This document shows, piece after piece, positions 27,480 through 41,100 of a stretch of DNA of 64,000 nucleotides. Below the pieces are notes generated by a model that saw nothing but the letters and a program-made list of their open reading frames with translations, was not told the DNA's origin and did no database searches. Origin of the DNA: Paragordius varius (Eukaryota; Animalia; Nematomorpha); contig OZ176051.1 in the NCBI GenBank assembly GCA_964247055.1, positions 11,904,001-11,968,000 on the forward strand, written 5' to 3'. The translations under genes and the position numbers were made by a program. How positions within the stretch are numbered: the stretch's first letter is position 1; the number at the start of each line of letters is the position of its first letter.

Positions 27480-29150
27480 TGCAAAATGTCCTAAATAAAA
27501 ATGGGGCCGAAATAGTTTAATATGGAGATTTTATCAAACCAAATTTTATTTAAATATTTTGGATAATTTGCACTAATTTTGATAATAACTAAACTGAAAT
27601 TAAAAACATCCCTTTTAATTGTTATTCAATAATATCAATTTAACTTTTCTGGGGATAAGAAGCCCTAGAATCGTAGTATTTTATCTTATAACGTTGACCG
27701 GATAAATAAATATTAATAGAGAAGACACTTCTGGATATTATTATCACAAAAATAATATATTTAAAAGTATATTTATGTCTATATATATATATATATACGA
27801 TGTCCAAAAGATATACCTGTTGATATATAAATTCCGATAGAAAAATATATCAGAAATCTCATTGTGTTTTTGGTTTCGCCCTTAGAATGTTATTTTCACA
27901 TTTGTGGAAAGTGCTCCATATCAGAAAATGGCATTCGCAAATTTTTTAATAAATTTTTTTTGATGAAAGCTAAATGCTTCATTTTTAAAAATATTTCTAA
28001 TGTATATTATAAACTACATATAAAAAGCAAAACAATATATTTTAATTTGGTAAGGGCTCCAAAAGTCCCAAATTTTTTTGCTAAAACGGGCTACTTAATA
28101 ACCGCAAAATTTCTGGATTGCGCGATAAAAAATATTAAATATATGCTACTTGACATCAATAAATATATTTTCTTAAACTACTTTTAAAAATACAATTGCA
28201 AAATATTAAATTATACTTCATCCTTTAGAATTGATGAAAAAAAATATTAAAATCTTTTTATACGGTTGATAAAAAATCGTTTACTTTTTAGTTTTGTTGT
28301 TGTGTAAAAACACAAATAGGAAGACAAACGAATATTTTAGTTAATATTCTAAGGTGAATTTTCACCATCACTAAATAATATAAAAGTATTCTTACAATAT
28401 ATAACGTTTTTGTACCGTTTCTTTCATGCTTAAAAATAGTAAGAAGTACGCTAAAAAAAGTTTTACTAAAAATTAAATGTTTTTAAAATTTGCATTTTTT
28501 TAAAAAATATTTTTTTAATGTCAAAATTGTACACATATCTAAAAAAGTTATTGCAAAATTAAATTTTTTATTTTATGAGAACTATCCTGTTTAACACTTG
28601 AATACAACACAATGATTTAAGTCCTTTGATTTTAATTGGGGTACTTATATACCCCAGGCTTGTTTTAAAAGAAATAATTCAAAAATATGGAATGATTTGA
28701 AAGCATGGCAAAAATTTGCACTTATATAACAATAAACCAATAAATTTAAAAAAGCCAACAAAAAAACTTGATATTACTTATTTTAAAAGGAAAAATTAAA
28801 TCAAATGACATGAGTGCATTAATTTAGAAAAAATACAAATGAACCCACTTCTTATGTTTCCATCAATGTTAAACGTGAATAAAAAATTGCCTTAATCTTG
28901 GCTTAAAAATTAAATAAACACGATATTTTGCAAAGATGTTGCAAATAAAAATGGCGCCGAACTAGTTTAATATGAAACTTTTTTTTAAAATTAAATTTTA
29001 TTTAGAAATTTTGGGTTATTTATATAAATTTCATTAGGATAGAAGCGAAATTTATTGGGACCATTGCTTTCAGTAATTTTTTAAAAATGTCGACTTAAAC
29101 ATTATCTGGGGTACTTAGATACCGCAATTTGAATCTAAGTGTTAAGAAGA
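27480..29150. repeat. Two diverged copies of a dispersed repeat (~27480-27700 and ~28930-29150)
   Basis: GCAAAATGTCCTAAATAAAAATGGGGCCGAAATAGTTTAATATGG vs GCAAAGATGTTGCAAATAAAAATGGCGCCGAACTAGTTTAATATGA. Another short repeat pair (ATTATTAAAGCAGCCC...) lies at ~43580 and ~45310. Confidence 0.7.
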
Positions 29151-29737
29151 GCAAAACATATAAAATTTTGGTGATGATTTTCTAAACAATATATTTTTAA
29201 CATATATTTGAAGACGAACAATTCAGAATCATCGAACAGAAATAATGCTTTTGTTTCGTTTTAAAGCGTTTTTAAACCTTTCATTATAACTCAACTATGA
29301 GGTTTGAACAAAATTTTGTATGTGCATTTTTTCAAAAATAATATATATTTTTAGCCGCAATCCCGGCATTTTTACGTATTTAGGAGGACTAGCCCATTTT
29401 AGCAAAATATTTAGAAGCCTCTAAGCCCACATCTATAAATAATTTTTTTGAAAGAGCTCCCAAAACAAAATTTATTATTTGCCATTTTATAATATGGAGC
29501 TCTTACAAAAAAATGTAAATAACTTTCTGAAATCACGTTCGGGATAAAACCAAAAGTACCATAATAATCTTGACACATTTTCCTACAAGAATATATTTTT
29601 ATCAGGTTATTTATGCTCCTCAATTTCGGACGCAGTGTACATATTTAAAATTCAATAATTTACAAAATTTAATTTTTAATAATGCCCCCAAAGTTTAAAA
29701 ATTGTGGCCCGTAATAGGTCACCTTTATATAATAATG

Positions 29738-31503
29738 CAGTGGTACTCACCAAAAAAATTCGACGGGCCAAATAATTTTTTTTTCGAGGGCCATGAACCT
29801 TTAAATGACAAATATTCCATAGCTATTTGACACATATGTACATAATTATACTCAAAATCAGCCCAATAAATTTTAGGATCGCATGTAAAGTCAGCTAAAA
29901 ACTCGTTTTGCACCATTTAGTTAAAAAAACTTAAATAATTTGATACTAACCAATAATTTTTGACAAGTTTGGTTTTGCCTCATGACAGGCCTATCTTAAT
30001 ACGTCGTCCATATGATCATCGGTTAAGTGATTTCTGTATGTATTCTTGACATGATTCCTTTTTAAATATGCCGTCTCTCACGTGTAAGATAAAAACAGTT
30101 AGGATAACTTGAGCACTTTTTCTATATTTCCATATTTATTTGGCACATCTTGCCAAAACTTTACATGTCCTTCTCCGCTACGATTTTTAAATATAGCCTC
30201 CAAAAATTATTTTTAAAATCTACGAATTCTTCCATGATATACGCCTGATCAAAACCGAAATGCTCAAGTTGCTTAATATTTGATATATCCATCCGAGATT
30301 AAGATTTCAATATATCTTAATTCTTGAAAACTTTTCGTCTCATTAGATAAAAATGTTAAATGATGTTTTAAATTAATTTCCGCGGTAAATTCCATATTTT
30401 TTTCATGAATCGTTTTAACTGTTAAAAATATAGGATTGTTTAATTTAAAAAATCTTGTTTATATATTATTAATTTTTTTTCAAAAGCAAAATTTGATTAG
30501 CAAATTGGGTTATTATTTTGCTCCCTTCAAGACTTGTATTAAAAATACGAAGTTAATAATAATGTCGCAAAGGTAGGCTAATAACACCATTTGTCACTAT
30601 TAATTTCCTTGTCAAACTTTCTGTTATCTTTGATAAATAATAAAAATTCATGTTTTAAAACAAAAAATCTCTTTAAAACTTTGCTAAGGCTTAGCCATCT
30701 CACAGCGGTGTACAAAAGAATATCATCAAACTACTGTGGATATCTTTCAGAAAGTTTTTGAATTTACGGCGGTTAAATTCTATGCCACGGATGTAAGCCA
30801 TGAAAATAATAGATTTTTTTTTTGGTATAATTCCTTAATCTTTTTATATTTTTCGTTTCTTACCTTATGATTTTCTGGTAATTTATGAGAATGATGGATT
30901 GTAAAATGTCTTTTAATATTGTATTTTTTTAATTATGTTGTCCTTAAATATAAGGCAGATATCAACATTTTTTAAAACGACAAAAGCGATTTTCATCGGA
31001 TTATTAACGTTTTTTAGCATTAGATGTCATCCTTTGAATTTATGTTTAAATATTATGTAGGTATCAGAAAACAGGAATATAATTTGAATGCTGTTAAAAA
31101 ACAGATAAAAATTTAATGATGTTGATTCAAAAAATATTTTATGGGAATGGGTTATGAAAAATGATGCAGGACAATGAAAAGATTATGTATTGCAAGTTTG
31201 GGTGAAAAACTGGCTTAAATAGAAAAAAGGAATGCAATAAAAACCTTAAAATATAAAAAAAATAGAATACAGAAACAGAAACCAGTGCCAAAATTTTGAA
31301 ATCATTTTAATGTAGTCGAATTTTTCTAGATTTCAAATTGGAAAAAATAAAAATACAGAAATTTTAAGAAAATAAATTATTAAAATAAAAGAAAATTTGT
31401 TTAAGTGTATTTTAATAATTCAACAATAAAAAATAATTTAAGTATCAATATGGTCATAGGGCAATTTTAGAGCACTCTTAGGGCCGCGGTTTGAGTACCA
31501 CTG
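29738..31503 (-). mobile_element. Decayed hAT (Charlie/Buster, GTF2IRD2-like) DNA transposon with both TIRs
   Basis: 12-bp perfect TIR CAGTGGTACTCA at both ends, with flanks TAATAATG / AATTAATG (6/8 match, central TA). Minus-strand transposase relics: IRGIEFNRRKFKNFL.., DILLYTAVRWLSLSKVLKRFF (~30660-30720), WCY-LAYLCDI, FWQDVPNKY...TCETAY...YRNHLTDDHMDDVLR (C-terminal dimerisation region, ~29990-30170). Multiple stops and frameshifts. Confidence 0.9.
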
Positions 31504-32155
31504 AATTAATGCAAAGAGCTGAGATTTTGCCATAAGAATTTTTATATGTGTTAGATGACTTCATTAAAAATAATTTAAAAAATAAATGCCCGATTCAAAA
31601 ATTTAATTTTTAACAAAATTTTTTTAAAGCGTATATTATACCATTTTGAAGCATGATAGGGTTTAGACACGCTTAACATTTGAGTAAAACTTGGATTAAA
31701 AATTTAAGACTCGTTGTTTGATTCTAAGGCTAAAATTATGTTATTTACTTAAAATCACATTTAACATGAATATAAAGAGAAAAAGTGGTATAATTTGCAT
31801 TATTATATTTTGATAATGCATACAATTTATGTCAAATATATTTTTACTTTTGGGTTTTACTTCTAAATAAGTAATATTAGGTATTTTTAAATAAATTTTT
31901 TTTATATTTTTTAATGTTATATAAGTGCCAACTTTTGCCAATTCAATTCCTTCTATATTTTTTTAAGTATTTAATTTTAAACAGGCCTGGAGTATCTAAC
32001 TACACCAATAATCCGAGGACTAAAATAAATGTGTGTATCCAAGTGTTAAAATTCCAAATAGCAAAATTTATGTATTTTTTTTGCGATATATTATTAATCT
32101 CAAAAGCTTTTATGGTTGAATGCGTTTTCGCATGGTATAGCTGAACCACGCTACA

Positions 32156-35100
32156 ATGTATAGGATCCAATCCTACATAACTTCGTGGATAACTAGTTAT
32201 TTGGAAAAATATGTGACAAATTTGGATCCAAATTTTATTAATCTTTCAGTCGTAAATGGAAAATTAACCTTATTTAACGTTCACCTCAATACTCACGTTT
32301 TGAAACAAGTTTACAATGTTATTATTGTTAGGAACTTCCATTGCCTATTGATATCTTCAAAGCTGAAGCCTCCAAATTAGAAGTTAATATAGCATACTCG
32401 TCTATTTATAATGGCGAACCAATTGTTATATTTTTAGATAATGTCACCCTGAAGTTAAAATGCTCAGATTCTATAAAGCCAAGTTTTTTGAACGAAAAAA
32501 TACAAGATGACAATGAATACAAAACTAATTCTTTCCTCGAACAAATTTTGAATTGCTATCAAAGTTTGGTATTAAATTATAATGCCTCAAATTTTACATC
32601 AAGATCGGCGTTATCATATATTCCTCAAAAAAATGCTTTAACCGAATCTATTAATACCAATAGCTGGTTTGGGCGAATGTTTAGCAATGTTAAATATTGT
32701 TTGAATAATGTGTTGATTGAATATGTCGAGGAAGAAACTAGACTGATTGCTCCATATAAATTAATTTACTCTTTTAGAATTAAATATTTGGAATATGGGC
32801 TCGCTACACTCTTTCCTTTTTTAAATAATGCTCATAAGACATCGAATTCGTATGTTCCAATAACGATACCGAAAATGTCCCTTGGCAAATCATATTTTGA
32901 TTCAGAATTCGGTAATATTTATGCCGATGCCTTCCACTATCACAAATTTTTTAATGATACAAGTTATTCATATGTTACTGATAATAACAATGACGATAGA
33001 TTTGATCACAATGCTGTAAACAAAGTTATTTTGTTACATGATTTATCCTTTTTCATTGATTATAATGCATTAAGCATTGATGCCGTCCTTAAGAGTCAAA
33101 TTAATCAGACTATTTTGGAAGGGCTAAATTTTACCATTTTCTTAACTTATCGCGATCCAACTGACTTAACCCCCATTAATTGTTCTCCATGTTTGCAAAC
33201 ATATATAGGTTGTCCTGAGTTTCATATCCGATTGAATTATGTCCAGTTGCCCTTTATGTACCGTATGGTAGAATTACTTATTGCAATAATTAAAGGGGAT
33301 AGCACTGATTCTGTTATCGAAAACACTAATTCAAACGAAAACGGGAAAACGTCTGGCACTTATCATGTTGTGGCAGACGATTTGTTTAAACCTAAAATAT
33401 CATTGCCAAATTCTCCTTCAGATTGGAAAAATTTAGCCCATAAATTGTTTTTGGAAGAGGAAAATAAATTACAAACCGGTGAGAAAATACATTCCGATGT
33501 AAAAGAAGAACTGGAGATCGGGTTAACCCTGCCAGATGTGGCAGAAATCAAGGAGAAATTCGCTAATGAAGTTTGGTTTATACCAAAATCCACTTCAACT
33601 AAACGCGATCATACGCTTTTAGTAACAATTGAAAAACTCAAAATTGACATAGATATGCCAGAAAAGTATGATTTGTTAATTTAATAAAAAAATTATATAA
33701 GGGATTTGAACGCAACCATTTTCAGTTTTGTTCCAGTTCTGGTTAAAAGTTACTTATTGTTACGGTTTGATCCCTTTTTAATCAAATGGTTTATAGGACC
33801 CATTTTCTATGATATGACCCAAATTTTTGTATAAAATATTATGAAATAGCCAAATATAGATTAAAAATATTAGCTGCCGAAAGATCATGGTATGATTTCT
33901 GGAGTTAAATAAAAACAAAACAGAAAAGAGGGTTGCATACTTGAATTTTGTTGTAAATAATATTTGATCCCGATTGTGGATCTTTTTAGTGCCAATCCAA
34001 AAACATGGATCCCTTTTTAATTTTGTATATTTCCTGTCTTTAACAAAAAAAGTAACCAAACTGATAATACCATTATGCCATATTATTCATGTGCCTACAA
34101 ATATTTTAGATGTAATAAATGGACTATTTTTGCTTTGCCAATTATTAATATTTTTATATTATAACTAATCCAAAAATGTTTTCCAGATATTTGCCTTTAG
34201 TTTGATATGAAAATCTTCATATAATTATTGTGTAGGCTTGTGGGATTATCTTCATATTGTTCTCCATCATATAAATTTGAATGGTCTCAACTATGTTGCA
34301 AACTTTTGTACATTAAGAAAGATAACGAAGGCAAACATTGTTTGGCAAAACCCCAAAATTCCGGTGTTCAATCACATTCGGGATTACGCTTTCAAATGGA
34401 TTCCTTAGATTTTTCACTAATTTATCATTTTGGTTCCATGGAATATAGTTTGATAGAAAAGTCGCTAACTGAGGATAATGAAAACGGTAAGCGTAAAAAC
34501 ATAAATTTTACTTTTTTCTATCTTGACCATAGTAAAAATGAATTTTTCGAACACTTTCTGGACATATATTTTCAAAATTCTTCTATTTTGCACAAAAATT
34601 AATAAACATCTTTAAAACAATTTTTAACATTAGCCATGCTTCATTCTAAAGAAAATTTGGCGTTTTTTACAAATGATAGTGATTTTTACATTAAAAATAT
34701 TATTCTTTAAAGGAGTTTTTGGTGTGCCTCATGTTATATATTTTTAATAGTCGTCGGACTTACCAAAATATTCCTATATTCACTCATTATATTTTTCTTC
34801 AATCTTAATTTTATAGATAATAGTAGATTGGATAATCAGAATTTTCTGGTCAATCAAATGTTGGAATTTTGTAGGACCGTTAATGTCTTTACGACACAAC
34901 ATCCCAGTTTTTTTCGGGTTACTTATGAATCCTTTGATGCCAACTATACAATTTGCGGTATATAATTTCATTGTTTTTTATTAAAATATTTTATAATTGT
35001 GATTTTCTGTTGTCCTAAATTTATTTATATTTTACCTTTTTTTTATTGGTTAATGTTTGCATTTTACTAAAACTTTTTATATTGTTTATATACCAATTTT

Positions 35101-38100
35101 AAGTGTATATATATAGTTGTTATATCGTCTATTCTTTTAAAATCAATGTTTTTTTATACGAATTGTTACCATAGATGAATCCTGCAACTATACTTTTGCG
35201 TTTACCCAACCTATCAAAATGCATGTTTGCCAAGAATTCATAAATTTAATTGAAATATGTAATGACATAACTGAATATCAATACCGAATTATCCATCCCT
35301 CCTCCGATACGACTATAGCAAAAAATTGTGAGCTTCAAATTAATTTTCCGTCCTATAAAACACCATTCTGTCTTTCCACCACAAAATGTAAGGATATAAC
35401 ATACTCGGAATATAGTGAGATCATCGAAAATGGTATTGGGCCAAAAATCAAAAGTAACCGTATCATCGAATTTATGATTGAGAAAGGGGAAATAATTGTA
35501 CATATGGGAGGGGAACCTTTAATCCCAGTATGTACCCAAAATAATTGTTTTGCGTTTGAATCTATCGTAACATTGGCATCATCTCGCAGTTATACGCTAA
35601 ATTTAGTCGTTGATACTTTTACATGGAATTTCAATTGGTCTTGGACAACAATGTTAAATCTCGAAGGTTGTTTTTGGAAAAATATTCGTAATACAATTAC
35701 ATGTGTGAATCAAAATATGCCTATGCCTTGTGTAAGTACACTCTGTCAAAAGGGGTGGCATATAACTTGTCGTAATATTGCTTTCTCTTATGTACCGATT
35801 ACTGAACCAATCCTCAAGGAAGCTGGTTTGACTCAAATGACAACCGCAGTGCAAATGTTGTCCTATAAAGAATCAAAATCTTATTTGCGATTTTTTACAT
35901 GGCAACAAAATGGTCGAACTATACACACACCTCCAATCAAATATATGATTGAATGGAATGATCAAAATTATCACATTAGTTTTGAAAGCGGATGTATCAA
36001 TATGACTTACCTTAATACTTTGGTAGCTTCTTTAAATGGAACCCTTGTTACGGGTAAAATATTTTAAATATTTTTTAATAAAGATTTTATAATTTATGTT
36101 TCCCTCAATTTTAATCAAATATTTATATTATTTAATCGTTTTTTAATTTTTTTTATGTGTACATTGCCCCTAGAATAAATTGTTTGTTTCCTAGTTTATC
36201 ATGATTGCATTTAAGCATAAATTACTACATTTGGATTTTATTAAAAAGTTTTATTATTAGAAAACAAACTTTGCCAAATTAAACCATGTAATGCAAAAAC
36301 GGAACACGGCAAACCAATTGGCTTTGATTTCTACTATGGCATGGATTTTCGCAATCAAAGTAGTGGCAAATTTTATTTTTAATTATAATTTTTTTCCACC
36401 ATTAAAAAATATTATTTAACAAGTATTGAAAGTTTAGATGTGTTGGGGTCAATCTAAAATAACTTAGCGATCTAAATGCTAAGAAACGATAAGCTTTAAA
36501 CAGCCATTATTAATTATGATTATATATATTAAATATAACTACAAAATTGCAACAAAAAGATTAAATTAATTAAAGCATCTATGGGGCTTACCTACAATAG
36601 CGGATAAATATATTTCTCTTTCAAGTTTTGAACCCCCCAAAAAATTGTGAATTTTTAGGCCATGGTGCATATTAAAATAAACTTAGAAGCTATTCAAGTT
36701 GTAGCTTGGATGCATAATTGATTTTCTCCATACATATATAAAATATTTAAATATAACAATTATTAATAAAGTTTTAAATTGAATATATAAAAATATACCA
36801 CACTGGTTTTAACCGTATTAATTGTTTTATAATTACAGTAAAAACTGAAATTATACGGACAAAACTTAAAAAAGACAAATATTTTGTCTAAAAGACAACC
36901 ATACTTTTTAAATCTTGATTTATTTCAATGTAACTCATTGTTTTAAATGGCAAAGTATGAAAAAGAATATATTACTAACACAATCAATTATACATTTTAC
37001 AATTGTATCTAAATAGCTTATTTGAGAAGGTGTTAAAATGTATGGTTGTCTTTCAGATAAAAATATTTGTCTTTATATTTTTACGTTTTGTCCGTATTAA
37101 TTCATTTATAATTAAGATCGAACCAAATTTTCATTTCCCTTATTTATCCTAAATTTATGTTTTTGAAGCTTATCTGGAATTTAGCAATAACGAAATTTAC
37201 ACATGCTAAAATTAACATAATTTGTTTTTATTTTTTCAAACGAAATCTTTATTTGACACAATTAGAAAATGATTAAATCTAACACCTGATTTATAAACAA
37301 GTTCAAATCTTATTATGATTTATAGACGATCTCAAATAAAATTTGTCCGTTTTATTACCATTGTTAACTTATTTGAAAATTACGTACTCTCAGGACTTTA
37401 TATATTATTACCATTGTTTTATAAAACTTAGAAACATTTACACTCGTTATGGGATCCATCTCTTTACAATTGGACACAAACAAATTATTACCTATACTAT
37501 CTGAACCCTTTGCCAACCAAAATAATAAAGGATTGGGTATTTTTTCTATTTTAATGCCTTAAGGAATGGCTTCAACTGAATCCTGGATGACAAAATTTCA
37601 ACATATAAATTTTAAAGTATATATATATATAATTACACATTTATTTAATTTTTTTGTTTTATAATTTTATTACAATTTTAAATTTGAAACCCGTTTTAAA
37701 AGGGTTCTTAAATCTTAACTGGTTTTGGTTTTCAACATTTTATTCTTTTCTAGAACCGGTTATTTGAAAGTGGAACTTAATTGAAAACGGAAAATTATAA
37801 AAGTGTTTCGGTTTTCGTTATTTTTTTAAAGTTCCAGAGCCGATTCTAAAATTGGTATGTAAAATATTTAACTGTTCCGGTTTCTGTTCTTTACATTTTT
37901 TTGGTTTCAGAACCGGTTTATTAAAAATCGGAACATGAACAATAATGGTTCTTAAAATTTTAAATTTGTTTTTAGCCCTGCAAATTATCCTTCCTTTATT
38001 TTTTAGTTTATATGTGATGTGATTGATGTGGAATTGCGTACACAACACTTTGATAACAATCAATCAGGACAAAGTCCAAGTCTAAAATTAAAATGCCAAA

Positions 38101-41100
38101 ATATACAATTTATGACGCAAAAAGATTCATCTACTATCATACATATCATACCTAACAGTTATAATACGCTTGACTTTAATGTTAAGTGTAGCATGTATTG
38201 GTTAACTCAAGACAGTACACATTATTTCATTCGTCCCTGTAATTTTCAAGCTAAAATGATCTTTTTTGAGCAAAATATTCTGATTGATATATTGGCACAG
38301 ACAAAAACGATTTCTATTTTTACAAATCCTCAAATGGTAATCATAATGAATATTTTAATATCATAAATCTATTATATTCCGATTTGATTTTATATATGTA
38401 TAATATGTATATATTTGAAATAAATAGATAACAACAATATATACCATTGCAAATCAATATAAGTCAATTTATCACAATCTATTTAACTTATATGGCAGTG
38501 ACCATTGTAATGAAAGTAATTTCCCTATTTTTTTTATTAATTAACCTTTGGGATATTTCAAAAATTATTTAATATTCCGTAATAGAAAATACTAAACTGG
38601 ATAAAGCGTTACACATTAAAGGAGCATTTAAAAGCATATCGATTACAATGTATTCTCCAAAAATGTCCGATTTAAAACCTAACGAACCGATTGATATAGT
38701 AATTACCCAAGTGATATTCCAAAATGTTTTCGGTTTTTATAAAACACAACCTTATGAGACTTACCCGCAAAATGGCTGTGAGGAAAAAGTTAAAATTGCA
38801 GGGTTAACATTGGAGGATATATGTATTCGTTCGGGAGATAAAAGCCATCAAATTAAGTAATTTAGTTTACTTTTTACGAAATATAATTATCATTTATTTA
38901 ACTTCACTTTTAGTTTAAGAATAATGTTTTATTAGCAAATAATTATCTGGAGTTGGTTTGTTCGATTTTACCGTAACCTTTATCAAGTTCTATTTGCAAA
39001 AAAAATTTATTTCACTTATAGTGATTTATCAAACGAATGTACAAAGCCTATTTTGGATATGACTTTGGATAGCGATTATGGCATTAATATACGGAGTATG
39101 CGTAGCATAAGCATGGATATTAACCTACAACATATTTTACAACATTGCGCATGTATTTTGGAGGAATGGAAAAAATTGTTTAAGTCAGGATTTGGAACGC
39201 TTAAAAATAATTTAATTGGACATGAAACTAAACATTCTTACCATATTAACGATGTCTCGATTAAAAAGGGCCTATCCTTCAATTTTAATTTTGAGGGAAG
39301 TTCGATCAATTTGATATCTGGTCCTATTTTGAGTAGTAAGCTCTTTACTCATATAAATGAAACATTATCACATAAAACAACTAAATACACTATGAAAGGT
39401 ATAAAATGTCTATATACATTGGCGTGTGATATGGACTGTAATAAAATTAGCTTTATTCATATCCCAAATGATATAATGATAGTCACTGATCAAAGTGATT
39501 TAACATTAACATATAAGATTACAATTGAGGAAATTACTAATGCCTCACTGCCAACCATATCAATTAATTTAAGTCTTGCTTTCTTTAATTTTCTATATGG
39601 CATATACACCGACGATTGGTTGAAAATTATAATTCTTTGGGATTATTTGAAATTTCAAGCCGAAACAATGGCCACAACCGATAAAAATGAATTCCTTTCT
39701 GTGCCTTTTTACGCTTGGGTAAAACAACAAAATAATCGGGCCCTTGATAAAATTAGTTCAATGTGCCGAAAAGTGAGTATACATATCCATCATATTTCTT
39801 TATCTCTTGACTTGGATCATTATGATTCATTCAATAATTTTGTTAATGGTACTAGAAAAACCCTTAAATTTAACCTGGATATATTTGATTCCGATTTTAC
39901 GATACAATATAATGGTTTGATTACAAACAATCTATCCCATTCTTGTGTCGTGTCTCATGCTAAGTATCAATGTCAACACTTTACTTTGAAGCAAAACTTT
40001 GGCAATACGATTGATGAGGAATCTAAAACGATCCTTATTCAATGTATAAAGGAAAATAAAGCAAAAAGTCAGTCCTGTAATGTTGAATATGAATCTAAAA
40101 ACAAACTTAGGACCCTTATTCAAATAAATGTCAATTGCCCTGTAGAAAGTCACATATGTTTAACGGAGGAATTAATTTCAAATTACATAAACATTTGTGA
40201 GAATTTAAAGTTTGTCCGCCATAAACCCTATTGCAATTATAATATTAATCCACAAACACATTGGGCACACGCTTGTATGATAAATGTAAATGCTCCGTTT
40301 TTAACGGTATATTTCATAATTTCTAATTATACAAAACTCAAATTGGAACTCCACCAATTATCCCTTAAAAGAGGAATAGAATCCGGCATTTCAAGTACGA
40401 TTTTGGATGTTTTATATATGGCTATTTATTTCAGTAAAACATTTATTTTAATACAAATTTTTTTATTAATTTATACACATGTATAGTTTTTCAACCCATG
40501 ATGAAAACAGTTATAAAAGCCAATTTTGTCCAATTACTGGTATCGTATCCCCAAGCTCTATCCAATCTAGAATATTTACCATTTTTAAAGGCTTCATCTG
40601 TAAAATTAACCTTAAATGTCACAAATAAAATGGATTGTCCACTCTTTGACTGTTTAAGAAAAACCGAATTTGTACCAAAATACCATAATAATATAACAAC
40701 TAATGACGAATTATATGAATATCAATTATTTCCCTATATACCATCAATGGTGCTTAAGCAGAATGTTAAATATAATAATTCTAGCGTTTTACACAATAAC
40801 ATATACTACCATTTTGAAAAGGCAAAAAATCTTACTTTTAAATGTAATTTCATCAATATTCACGGCAGTCAAATCCATGCTAAATTGTTCAAGAATTTAA
40901 TGGATTCTTACCTGAACATAAAAGTTATATATATTTTTTTTATACATTTTAAAATAAAGTTTTTTTAACAAAATATTACAATTTTAAGATATTTGCTTTA
41001 TTTAATAAATTTATGTACAATCATATTTCTTATAATATCTCAAGATTAATTATTTGGTTATTTAGGATACATATTTTAAAGTATCAACTTTATTTTAAGC

